64,000 nt of DNA from Phoronis australis (taxonomy: Eukaryota; Animalia; Phoronida). Position 1 is the stretch's first letter; the number at the start of each line of letters is the position of its first letter. The notes under the pieces were generated by a model. The model had not been told where the DNA came from, searched no databases, and saw nothing but the letters and a program-made list of their open reading frames with translations. The translations under genes and the position numbers were made by a program. Positions 48,486 through 61,575 of this stretch are shown here, piece after piece. The stretch covers positions 187,161-251,160 of the forward strand of contig NMRA01000562.1 in NCBI GenBank assembly GCA_002633005.1, in the 5' to 3' direction.

Positions 48486-50799
48486 CAACCTGTATCTGTA
48501 TATTTCGGGTAGATACTTGGAGTGGTTTATCATTTTTATTGTTTTTCGTAAATGACACTACATTTTGATTTTTTACTGAAGACTGTAATTGTTTGAAACG
48601 GCACCAAAGGTCCAATTAATTATAATATATAAAGATGTATAATTTTGAATGAAGGCCTGACTAAGTTATCCCCAGCAAGTGTGAAGGATCTATATTCTAA
48701 AACCTTAGTCTTCATAGTGTAGAAATCTTTTGAATCATTGAAATTATTTCCCTAATGGTTTAATACATAACCTCTCTGGTTAATTTCTTTCTTTATGTTA
48801 ATATTACACGCCGTTACTTTTCGCATTTTGGCAACACTCTTGATTTTTAGAAGTAAAATTTTTTTTAAACCAAACAGGTATGTGAAACGATATCTACTTG
48901 TGAATCAAATTATTGTTTTTTGCTTCTAGTACAAGCGGAAGATCTAACAAAGGGCCTTCTATTGATATGGCTCTTACGCAATTTGGTTGAAAAACGGCGG
49001 AGTTTCGAAAAGTTTAAAGACAGTCAATTCCATAGCAAGTGCACACACTGGAACAAACGAATGCAAACAACTCACATGCATGCGAGAGCTGCTGCAAGAT
49101 AGGAATTGACATTCCAGGAAGAGATTTCCATGGATTGAACCACGCGACCTAGCATTTTCCATTTTAATATTATGCTAATTATTATTAGGAAGATCAGTAA
49201 CACTGATGCCTTTGTTCAAAGGTAAATCTTAAGCAGCTGACCACAGTGATGAGACGTGCTGTCTGCCTTCTCATAAAAGTTCCTCCAAAAGTCCTTCAAA
49301 AGTTGTTCGTAGTTTCAGAGGTGCATTGCGCCAAGCAGAGGCGCCTACCTTGCCGTGAAATCATAAAAACCTCAAATCTCTTTATGTAGGTCAAGAATTT
49401 AAAATATTCACAAAAACGAAGAAACGCATTGTGTGTTTTGCACATCCAAAGCAACCAATGCGTCTTTGTGTTCCACAGTATCCTTTGTTTGAATTGAACT
49501 TGGTACAAAAAATTCATGGATTTCCCCTGACGTAATCGGCGACTGAAACTAACCCGTCGTGACGAGAAAATTAATATGATTAGTTTGAAGCACTACCAAC
49601 CTGCCACTTAATTATCTCAAGCATAGAAGTCATTTACAATCCGAGACTGATGGTATACCAGTGAGTTACCTAAATCAAAATTTGGTTTTGAACAGATGGC
49701 GCGAGCCTATTTACCCTTTAGATGAGACACAATAGCCGACTGATTCCACTCGCTAAAATATGTGCGTAATTGATCTATGGATTCGCTGGCATCCTATTTA
49801 GTGAGTTTCCTTCAGCGTGTGAGCAAGAAACATGCTGTCTTTTGCAGTCGTATCGACCGCCAATGACTATAAAAATATGCCAGGCAAGTGTTAATTGAAT
49901 CAGTGCACGCCCACACACAAACGTGCCCACGGTGTTGCGAAACTAGCACGTTTATTAACATTTGCACCTGCAGGCTCTTTACGTTACAATACCAGGAATT
50001 CTGATAGTAACCTGCAGTGCGGTATATTCTGAAAACGGCACACTAGGCTTGCTTTCGAAAAGGAAAAGAATAAACGCAAAATGCATCATAAGGTAGCCCA
50101 AACTAGGTGGTTGCCTGGTTGCAAATATTTTCATTGTTACGATGTTTTGAAAAAGGGCAGGTAAAACATTGACTCGTTTGATAAGGCCGCATTTAAAAGT
50201 TTGTTTATTTCCTCGCCCCTTTCCCACAATCCTCTGAAATGTGTTGGTACTAAGAAAATATGTTTGAAGCGCTCTCATGGGGAATTGTTTTTGCTGGAGT
50301 GTAAATATATGTTTTGAATTGCGCAATGCGTTTTATGGTCGGTCGCGCGAGTTTCTTGTTTTTCCGCTGACGAAATGCAGTTGCAGCGTTAATTTTTTAT
50401 GGCAAGGGTAAATGAATCAACTATAGTTTTTGAAAACAACTCTGGCTGTCGAACAGTCCATGGTTGCCATTCCATGAAAGTAGCAACTGTCAATGAAGTT
50501 TCAGTTAATGCCAATTTAATAACACCGTTAACTTGGGATCTAATTATGGGGCGGAATGGCTTGAGTTAATGACGTGCTCTTACGTTGTGGCACATTGTGA
50601 AGATAGTCTGCTTATGAGAGAGTCGATAAAATGATCTATGTGTATCAGATGGATTTGGTATTTTGTTTACTACACATCAAGACGATAGCCTAGCTGCCAC
50701 GTTATGTACACACAGACATTCCATATGCAAACACGTACTGTAAAATAAAGAACTAATTCATTTCAAAATGAGTGGACTTGTCTGTACATTTATAGTACT

Positions 50800-51430
50800 C
50801 ATACATGAGAATATACGCATGCATACCCAAGGCCCCATACAGACGCTCATACGTACACCCACACACACGCATACACAGATATACAATGTATAAATACGCA
50901 AACACATACATACATACATACATCATGCACAGAATGTACGTATGCACTTCTATTGTATACATAAACTGGGTATACTTGCCAAAATTAATTGACAGCTTAG
51001 TTGAACACTTAAAACCAATAAAAAGCGTTTTGTCTAACTTTTGTCGGAATGTAATGAGACATTGCGTCCAGCCGCTAATCAGTTATCTGTGTAATGGACT
51101 TGCGCAATTTCGACAACGTAAACTGAGCAACATTTGTTGAAATGTTGTCGAAATGTGTTATGCATGTATGCATGTATGTATGTATATATGCATGCATTTA
51201 TGTATGTATGTATGTATGCATGCATGCATGCATGTATGTATGTATGTATGTATGAATATGTATGCATGCGTGCACTAATGTATGCGTATATGTGTATGGA
51301 TGTATACACAGGTCAGATAAACCGGACGGCGTCGAAATTCCACAGTTTCGGAGCACATAACATGCATACAGTTATACAATCATAAATGCATACTTGTATT
51401 CAAACATACATATCACTCATACAAATACAC
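50800..51430. repeat. (CATA)n / (TATG)n microsatellite-rich region
   Basis: A CATA-type tract at about 50800-50960, a TATG-type tract at 51160-51305 and a CATA-type tract at about 51355-51430. Confidence 0.85.
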
Positions 51431-52702
51431 GCACGCGAGCTCGTGCGCGCAAACACGAGGTTGTAATGTTATAATGACGTTCAACAGCATAGTCTAAAAC
51501 TTTAAAAGTTAAAGTCAACATGTAAAACAGTTTCAGCAATTAAAAGCCCATACCAGCAACAACATATTCTCGTGCCATAGTCACGTGCTCACCACATGAA
51601 CCACTTAGAACTTATTAAAATACTTGTCAAACAGCCTGGGAACAACCAAAACGTGTGATTGGTGGTACCCTCGTTTTTGTGAAGAAACATTTCATGTCGG
51701 AAGAATAAAGATTCCACCGAAAAGCTAAATTACAGCCATTTTACCGCCTTCTGAAATGAACCATTTATAGCCTTATAAACTAGTTTCAAACTTTTTATTG
51801 AGTTTCGAAGTAGCTTCTGTGTTAGCCTTGAAAAAAACCAACAGTTCCAAAGTTCAGAAATTACTTTTAATTTGAGCGGGTAAAACGTTGAAACAAGCTC
51901 TTTTAACGCTAAGCGATTTTAAAGTAATCCTTTGTCATTTTTAACAGCCCTTATACGTTAGTTAAGGATGTCTGAAACCTTATCAAAAATTTGGCCATTT
52001 TTACATTATTTCACATGTGCCTAGCAAAATACCATATCTTCATTCTCGTAACGGTGAGAAAAAAAAGATTTGGCAGAACCACCTTGGAACACCACAACCG
52101 CGTGTTTACTACTTATCCGAATTCAAAGGTTACAGGGCTGTCATTCAAATGGAATCTCCCGCGAGGCACATAGCAGTTCCGCATGTACCCTTAGTCCTTT
52201 CATTCACTGAGTCGACATAATATTGCGTCAACGACGTGTACATATGATAGAGCGATGCCGGGGAAAACAAATTCAAAACGTAGCGTTGATCCTGAGAGAG
52301 TTGTGTTTCTGCATGCACACGACTGTTGAGAACCAATGATACGAGTCGACTTACGCTTCTGTGACTTAGTGTTCATAAACACAGCAAGTTGTGAAAAGAG
52401 ATAAATCTTCACCCAAATTCCTTAAATCGGGTAATTTGACATTTCGCCGACTCAATTTCTGTAACCATTTCGTAGTTGGTTTTTACATCAGTCTCCCAAC
52501 TCAGTGGTGGTGTCTTAACAATGAACTGTTGACCTACTTTAAAGTGGACCACAATGCACCAGCTTTATCCACTTCATAAGCTGGCTCCGCCCGTGACAAG
52601 ATTGGCTCGGTTTAAATGAATAGTTTTTTGTGATAATTAAGTTAATTGGGCACTGCAAATTCATATGACATTGTTCGTGAATGCTGAAATAATATAACTT
52701 GG

Positions 52703-53325
52703 CTAAGGGGTGTATAGGTTATATTGACCAAAAACAAGTTTTCACATAGTAATTGACCTACAGTAAGTATTTGACAAGGCCTTGAGATCTTCACGTCCCG
52801 CCACATAATCGGCTTTTTCTCGGCCTCAGAAAATCGACTTAATTTGAGCTAAGGAACAGAGTTCTCTAAAACGGCTTTGTGGATTTCGCTGAAACTTTCC
52901 AAACTTAATATTTATTTATCAATCTCAAAACGCTGTTAGGATTTTTTAATATAAATACATATTTCTTGCGTAATGCAACGACTTCTATTTTTTACTAAAA
53001 TATCTTACGTTTTGCGAGTTGATTTGTCATAGAAATCAAACGAAAAGGCTAATCGAAAATTACTAACAACGTTTTTGAGGTAACTGGTGAAGTTTTTATT
53101 TGAAAAAGGTTTCGTGAAAATCGACAAGAGGGGTTATTTTGCTGGGAAGGGACTTTCTTTAAACGTTGGATTTGACTTAAAAAAGGTGTTAACGTAATAT
53201 TCCTTGGTGTTTTTTCTTTCAGAAAATATATGCTTTCACTAGTTGACAAAGCCTAGTTCTTTATATACTAGTTAGAATGGAGGCCACTAAATAAGGTTTG
53301 AGATAACTTCAGCAGGTCACTTAAC
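52703..53325. mobile_element. Interspersed DNA-element copy (family of 39452-40885), uninterrupted
   Basis: Homologous blocks at both ends of the 39.4-40.9 kb copy, without the insert. Confidence 0.6.
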
Positions 53326-54498
53326 AGTTGACGAGACTGTCTCGTTCACTAGGAGGGTCACCTGGAACTGCCAAACAACATATTAAGGAAATTGACGACA
53401 TTTTGTGAATACGCGCAAGTATAGTTCTACAAAAAGAAAGCAGACGATGTTATTGGAAGAAAAATGGTCGGTAGGCATGGTTTCTCATGTCTGGTATCAC
53501 AAGATAATGCCATGCTGTTTCGTCTGAATATACCGCATCTGGTTACATGTGGAGATAAATTGATGCCCTATCAAAGTAAAATGATGCGCTAGTGTTGGCT
53601 TACGAAATAAATGCTTCGGAGGTCGGTGACTTCCGCACTACGCAAACATTTGTCTTGTTTTCATCCTCCATTAGTAATGCTAATGGCGGCTTGATCGAAA
53701 ATATGCACATTGCACCCCAATTGGTAAATCAACCAATTAAAACCAAATATTCATGTAAGTTTGGCATCGAGACCGGAGTGTCAAAAGTTGTTTGTGCTTT
53801 AATCGTTGTGTTGCCTGTTATGTTGCCGAACTGTAAACTTTATAAAGGAGAGTATCGCGTTGGGACGGTATTTCTCACTCTCCCCGAAGATTCCAGCAGT
53901 GCTCTCAGAATGACCGGCAGTTGGACACTGACATTCACTGTTATTTCATGACAAAGTCAAAAGCTTCGCTCAAAGCCTTTCCGTGAGTCGGAATTTTCAC
54001 CGAAGTTGGCACTCAAAACAAAAAAAAAACAAAAACAGTGCAGGTGGTCTGATGTCATTTGCGGTGCATCGGACGTGCGCAGGCCTCATGGTTGGGCCCA
54101 TTGCACAAAACACCTGAGCAAAGGCACGAGACCCCAATTATGGCTCCTCGTGAAGAAAGTTTTCAAGTCTGCCAGTCTCCTTTAGGAAAACGGACAGACG
54201 TTTCCATTTGTTGCCATGCACTATANNNNNNNNNNNNNNNNNNNNNNNNNNNNNNNNNNNNNNNNNNNNNNNNNNNNNNNNNNNNNNNNNNNNNNNNNNN
54301 NNNNNNNNNNNNNNNNNNNNNNNNNNNNNNNNNNNNNNNNNNNNNNNNNNNNNNNNNNNNNNNNNNNNNNNNNNNNNNNNNNNNNNNNNNNNNNNNNNNN
54401 NNNNNNNNNNNNNNNNNNNNNNNNNNNNNNNNNNNNNNNNNNNNNNNNNNNNNNNNNNNNNNNNNNNNNNNNNNNNNNNNNNNNNNNNNNNNNNNNNN

Positions 54499-54930
54499 CT
54501 ATGGAACATGCCTAGTGATGTCCAGGTCACAACTTTAAATCATACAAACAATTTCTTCACGGAAATTGGCGATGGATGGCCTACCGCAGAACACAAGAAT
54601 GAGGTGGTTTGTTATACGGACGGCTCTAAACTGGAAAATGGCCAGACAGGTGCTGGGGTCTACTTTCCAAGCCTTCCTGTTGCAGATGCAGAAAACTGGG
54701 TATCGTTGGGCAATCTTGCCACGGTGTTTCAGGCTGAGATCACTGCAATTAATAGAGCTGCTCAATTGGCACAACAATATAACACTGAACTTGGCAATCG
54801 GCCAATTATCATCTTTTCAGATAGCCAGGCAGCAATAAAAGCCCTAAAGAAACTAAGGGTCAACTCTCGTTGTGTTAATGCTTGTATTAATGAGCTTAAC
54901 AAGCTTGCAATTGAAAGAACCGTCACTCAA
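54499..54930 (+). mobile_element. RNase H domain of a non-LTR retrotransposon (R1/LOA/I-group type)
   Basis: An open frame with YTDGSK..GAGV, LG..ATVFQAEITAI and IIFSDSQAAIKAL. It is truncated before the WxPxH motif and its 5' part is in the gap. Confidence 0.9.
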
Positions 54931-57900
54931 AACAAAGTCGGACCTAAATTTAGACTCAGCGATACCTGAGAACTGCTCACCTATAGCGCCCACTGTACGG
55001 CACTGAGAACAGATTAGGATAAAGTTGTGTTTTTGCGATTAAATAGTCCCTTAATAATAATCTCGTCGCTCAGCATGTAAGCAGTGAAACGCCTTTATTA
55101 AGAATACTAAAGTTTGATTTATGCTACGTCACGAGACTGGACTCAAGGTGTTCCTTGTTTAGACTATCATGCTGTTTATCAGTGGTTGAGACACGACTTT
55201 ACGTGTACCAACCTGACATTTCAGGGCTGGCCATTTTATATGTATGCGCAGAGCATGATCTAAAGCAGCTGCACAATTCTTCCGGCCATAGGCAACCACC
55301 TCATCTCAGCTCACCAAGGAACAAATCGAGACTACTTTTGTCGAGGTAAAAGGATTCTAAGCTCCTCTGACTAACTTGGCTTTAAGGCAGTTTTATTCAA
55401 CACTCGTTTAGGCAATGCCGGTTTGACATTATACAAATAAAAGTCTAAAACGCTTTAATTTTAAATTACCTTTTGATGCGTCTCAGGCTTTCTCGTGCCT
55501 AATGTGTGTGTACAGATAAATGCGTGTTTTTCTTTTCTTAAATTTAATTGTTTCTAAGTAAATAGAAATTCACCTGTAACATAACGCTGTCTGAAGAAGT
55601 CTCGACTAGGTTTTGAAAAATGGTAAATCTCGATTTAAAACTTAGCCCAAAACGCATTTTTCAAGTTAGAATTCTATTTGTCTTATCGGTTTAATAAGCT
55701 TTGACCCGAATATAAAATAGCAAAATCCTTTTTGTTTTTGAGATTATGTTAGAAGTCGATAATTCTGGCTGTTGATTCACAGCCAAGCCGCTTTCGATGA
55801 AATCAAAGCCCGTTACTTTGTCAGTTAAATACGCTAGCTAACTATACCATTTAAAAACTAGGATTTAGCTCTAGCAATAGAGCATGTCACTGTGGGCTGA
55901 TAGCAGAAAACAATTTTCTCACCGATAATGCTACTTTAAAGATGTTCTTGCATGCTCCTGCAGGGACGACTAAATGGTAAGGCTATTCTAACATCTACGC
56001 TCAACGAAATGGAATTCCTTCAGTTTGTTAATGTGAAGACAAAAATGCAAATAGGTGACCTTTGCACTAATGACGTACCTCGCGTGTTATTACACAGCAT
56101 CACTTCACCATACTTACCGGGCACGGTTCAGTGGTTTGTGGCGAATCATTTTCGCCACAAAACTCGTTCTTAAATACATTTGGCAATTTTTAACCTACCT
56201 CATATTCACATAGTCGCCATGAGTTGTGTTTCTAACTAATTTGGCCAAGCAATTACAGAGCTAAGTAATTTGCCTGCAAGATCTTCTTTAGGAATTAGTT
56301 CCCGGATTAAGGCTTGTGAGGAAGCCCAGCAAATTAGCAAGCCGGGTCACCGATACCATTTCTGTGTCAAATCGGCAGTGTGTTCGTATTTTCATAGCAT
56401 CTGATGCAAAACGTGGCTGGAGAATGTCGCGAATAAAGCACGTTTTGCCTCCGGTTGGCCCTGGTATATTTTTCATTTCTAGACTGGTTTTGTAATAACG
56501 TGTACCAGGTCGTGAGCTCCACCACAGGAAAGGCAGAAACTTTATGATAGACGAGGGCACTAATAACAAACATGCAGGGACAAGATACGCCTCAAGTGCA
56601 TTTCCGTGTTGCCGGCGTTTGAATTTGAGCTCATTCTACCCGGTACGAGTTGTACGACTAATCCAAATGTGTTGGCAGTGTTTCAAAATCGCATACCTAA
56701 CTTCCCCGGAGTCTGTCGAGGAGCAAAATTGGGCATGCAATATTACAATAGACAAGTCGTGTTTGCTTTTAAGCTCGAAAACTATCTAGAACTCTGAGTC
56801 GTAAACCACACTCGTGTTGCAAAGTGGCACATGAAATTCTGAGTGTGTAGGACAGGGGTTCAACAGATATGCTGATAACTGAGGTGCAGCCGATACCTAT
56901 TGACGTAGGCAACGTACTGCGTTTGTTTTGGACTTATTTAAAGATGCCATAGACTCACTTCTTTCAAAAATAGTGCTACTTTGTCAATGCTTGACACATG
57001 AAATAATTAGTTGCTTGAGCTCAACTGATAACAGTGGGTTAGTTGTTCCTAACCAATCAATTTTAATCCGAATATGAAATACACCCAAGTTGTAGTTTTT
57101 TATTTGTCAATGGTCAGCAGTTATATCAAAATCACCCGGGTTTATAGCACCATTAAATTCCGTATTGCGACAAATCTCACTACGCCTCTATGTAACACTT
57201 AATACATCGTAATTACATAAGTACATCGTAATTACACGTGTCTCAGCAAATGCAACCCTTTACTATCCCGGATGGCATATGTATATTGGCCAACATACAC
57301 ATGAATAATCCTGTTCAAAAACTGTGGTCACACATTTTTTTTGTTAAGAGTCACTTCGTTAAATTTTAACATTTTTTCCAACTTGAAACAACTTCCAAAT
57401 CAATAGCATTTTAGTATTTGCATTTCGATTACGTCATATTTGTGGTTTGGCACACGTGTCTTGCGTCTGCATCATGAGCGTTTTCAGCTCCTTAAGGTAT
57501 CAAATGAAATTCTGTTAAATGAATGACTACGGCGATGACTGGGTTTATGGACGGCGACAATTGATGAAGACGACAATGACGAAGGAAATAAGCTATTTAA
57601 AAAACGTTAAATTTAACAACTTACATGCCATGTTGTCCTCTTGTCCAGGCTGACGGCTACCGTGGCCCTATGAAGCTTCCAGGAAAGGCAAATATTTTCA
57701 TTCAAAAGGGCGATCGATAACAGCAAACTTTCTATTATAAAGCGGCACAGAATAAATAGACTTAATACGTGCTTATAATTATTCCGCAACACCACGCCGA
57801 TTATTTTCAAAGAGTCCTTATAGATTTTATCCAGAAAAGAAATGGTCTAGATAGTAACATAAGTCCATTGAAAATCTAACACTCCCGACAGTCTTCAGCT

Positions 57901-59124
57901 TTATACATCACATATCTTCTCCGCTAGATGTCGTCATACACGACAAAGCCAGCAGGAAAGTCGCAAGACGTTTCGATTTGTGGGATGTTGCGTTGTCCAT
58001 CTACAATTTCCGGGTGACTTTCATTTCAAGGACATTGTCAAAAATAAAATACGAATGCTGACACGCCAATCCCAAGACATCCCAAGCAACCAAACATTTT
58101 ATTGACAGTGACATAAGGAACATATTATATTATTTAAGTGTACGTTTAATGACACAGATAACATAAATAAGGGCGTATAGATTCCTGTTAACTGGATACG
58201 TAGCCACACTAGGAGCTGTGAGAACTTAACTAAATGCGAACGTTTAGTTTTGGTCTTCTAGCTACCAGGTGTCCGAGAACCGCCGTGCACAGAACAAATG
58301 TCAGTTGCTTTAAACCGTAGTTTTTAAGTTGCATATCCGCGAGTGCACGCTTTGTTTATCGCCCAATTGGGTTTTTTAGAAATTATCAATATTTGGCTGA
58401 AAACCGAGCGATTCTGTCACCCGGCTCTTTTTCGAGGTGCCAGCAACTCCGTGAACACGTATTAAGTTTACTGTGTTTGCAATCCTTCTCGTAAGAATAC
58501 GTTAAAAAATAATCAGTTATTTTGCGAACTGAGCAATCCTTAGTGGCTCATCCGAGAAGTTCACCAGCGAATTTACCTGCCCAAAAACAATACGACATCG
58601 AGACAACCCCGAGATACAGAAGATAAATAAATATTCGTTGAATATGACTAAAGTGATCAAAAATGATTACGCTGATTTCCTCTTTCAACAAGGGAATTTG
58701 CTCACTTTTTAAAAATATTTTATGGCACTTTCCACCGTCATGTAAATTGCAGAACTTTGAGTAAAGTCTACATCGTTGTTGGCCTAATTATGTAAGAGTA
58801 ATATGGGGAAATTATAAGAACATGTATACGATTTAATGGTTGAGCGGATCCCCCAGTATGGTCAAGACTGTGTCCGTTACCCCCGGCAGTTGAGTGAGCT
58901 CGAACAAAGGTTTAGATAGTCTAGAGCGTGACCGCTTTTCGACTTTCAAATGCATAGTTTACTAAGCGTTCAGGCATAAGGCATCGTATTTGTTAACAGA
59001 AATTCACGTTTCGAAATCCCGTCCAATAGCGGATTTGCAGCGACGTCATATTGAAATTAGGTTAAAATGGTGCATTGTGGTCAGGATTCCGAAAGCGGCC
59101 ATAGTAACAAGCATAATACGCGGT

Positions 59125-60335
59125 ATGAGCGCGAAGAAAACTTACGGCGGATACACTCGTTGTGTTCCTGGCTGCTTCAAAAACAACAAGAGAGATAAAA
59201 ATCTGAGTTTTTTATGTGTTCCCTGCAAACCTAGAACTTCGTGATAAATGGATAAACAACATTAGGAGAGCTGGGAGTAAGGGGAGATTTAGCACATTCA
59301 AACCAACGCGTGGCCATCTAGTAGGCAACACGTAGTCCCTCGGTTGGCAATATAGGGGCTACAATACTTCCATTCGCTTTCTGTACTCATTTCTTTACTT
59401 CAATGTATTTTTAATGGCCCGTGGCCGGATTTGGGTTACCGATTTCGAGTTTTCACCTCGTCAAAAATACGTTCTACACTTAAAACTATCATTTAAAAAA
59501 ACGCTTACTTTCATCATTGGTCCTTTGTACTTCTATACATATCTTTGATGAAGCTTAGTTGTGAGAATTAAGTTGACTTTGGCGAAGAATTACAACTCCA
59601 CTTTTTTAGTTGCCGTTAATTTTATCACCGCGTGCGTGATAACCACAAAGCATGTCAACTGAATCACGTGAGTTAGGCAAAGGTTAGCGCGAGACTGAGC
59701 GAAGCGCGTGACGCTAGGGCGTGACGCTACTGAGCGACACTTGTAAAATAGCATGAGAAGGTATCGGGTGAAACTTGTAAGATGTGTTTCCCTTGGACTT
59801 TTTATTCGTCAACATGCGTAATTTCACGTAACTTCCTCAAAATGGCACCAGGTAACTGAGAGAAACTCGAGCAAACCGCGACAGATTTTCATCGATTTGT
59901 TCAAGTTTTGCTGAATAAATTGTATCCAGAGTCGTGGTATGTGTTAATTATAACTCCGTGTTCCTATATGTATGGTTCATTTGATTTTATTTGCTGAATT
60001 TTGAAATGAGTAACTTTTTGTGAGGATGTACTATCGCCCCTGAATGCCTGCGGCATCCAGTGCGATGTAATTGCCTAGGGGCCATCGTGTGTGCAGCGAA
60101 CATTTTCCTGGTGGAAAAAAGACGTATGAGAATAACATTCTGACGGAGTTTCCTCTTAAAATTAAAGTCTCTAGCATATCCACGGCGAAAGCTACAAAAG
60201 TAAAGCAACCCAAGAACTCTCAACTTGTCTGAAACCGGAGGAGATTTCGAAATCAACGCCGATAGCCCCAATACTGAACATGACGACAGTCGTGCCCTCG
60301 GTCACACGGTCAGTGATCATAGCTACGCTGTGTTT
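59125..60335 (+). pseudogene. THAP-domain gene remnant split by an insertion
   Basis: MSAKKTYGGYTRCVPGCFKNNKRDKNLSF /frameshift/ YVFPANLELRDKWINNIRR..FKPTRGH, then the insert, then RVCSEHFPGGKKTYENNI.TEF, with DHSY downstream at 60315. Confidence 0.8.
59319..60079. mobile_element. 761-bp DNA-element insertion inside the THAP remnant
   Basis: Flanked by the direct repeat GGCCATC (59312-59318 and 60080-60086), with short imperfect TIRs TAGGCAA/TTGCCTA. Confidence 0.7.
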
Positions 60336-61575
60336 ACAAACGAGAGAGGACTTGCTTGGTATTAAAAAGCAAAAAAAAATGAAATATGGTTTTTAGTTTG
60401 CAAATCACTCCAAATGCACACACTATCCAGCCTGCTCAAGACATGCCTGACCACAAGCTATCCCATGAGCCTTCGCGCAGGAAGTAACTCGCACATGCGC
60501 AATGCACAGTTCGTTTGCGCTGCAAATCCGTTATTATGTAGAGTTATTGCCTTTGACGTACTTAATGCAGACACCAAACTCTCGCCTCGTCGAAACGGCG
60601 CCACAATACTAACCCAAGCAGAATGAAACTCCACATCTTCATTCAGGCAATATTCTCTAAGAGAAATTTCCTAGGGATCGTGAACCTGAAAAAAATGGAA
60701 AACCCAAAAAACAGCTTTGTAATATGCTCCTAAAATCTATGGGTTTGATGTTTGTTTGAAGTTGGATATTAGGTCTGTCCGCTAAACGTGTCCATCGAAT
60801 AGTCGATCGTCGTGTCTCGGTGCAGCAAACACAAACTCACACCGGAGTCGTGTGTTCTCGGCCGTTGTAAAGTCAAAACGGATTGCTGAGGGGCATAAAA
60901 ATTCAACCAGTTATTTTTCGAATTTCAATAAACTTGTACAATTTGCTCCTACATAACTTTAAAAACATTTCTCTTAAAAGAAATTTGTTGTTGATTTTCA
61001 CACGAACAACAAAAGTTGCGTAGTAAATCCTTTATTCATTCTTTTACGCATTCGTTACGTCGGTCGTTGTCCCGCTTCATGCGATCTTTCCAACTCAAAC
61101 AGTTCGGCAATGTGCAACACATAATACAAATTATTAACAACCTTGCTGCAACAACAGTGTTACATTCAATGTTGATGAAGAAATTAAGCAAGTTACTGTC
61201 AAAGTTACTCGACAAAAGGCCAAGGCCCATAAAGAGCTTGAAAAATAACCTTACGAGTACAAGAAAAAAGAATAATACAAATACTCACTAAATCACTGAA
61301 CATATCAATCAAATGTGTCATTGGAACGCAATGGAACTCAGGAAAAAAATGCTGACATACGTAGCAAAATTGTAAGTTCGAATAAATTCCGAAGTACAGT
61401 TTACACAAAGACGTTACTTATAAAACAGGTAATAAATTACAGGGACGAATTAGTTGGTACATTATCAAATTAAACCATATACATGTATGTACCTAGTCTC
61501 AAGTCAGCAAAAATACAAACTACTTTCATCGAATCCCCCGCTTGCTGTACACATCTTCTTGTTGAAATAGATTAA

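Noticed and set aside
50753-51385. Tyr/Met/His-rich ORFs
   Set aside because: Translations of (CATA)n/(TATG)n microsatellites.
56288-56569. IPGPTGGKTCFIRDIL as a Polinton-type packaging ATPase P-loop
   Set aside because: One residue short of GxxxxGKT, no Walker B seen and no other Polinton genes nearby.
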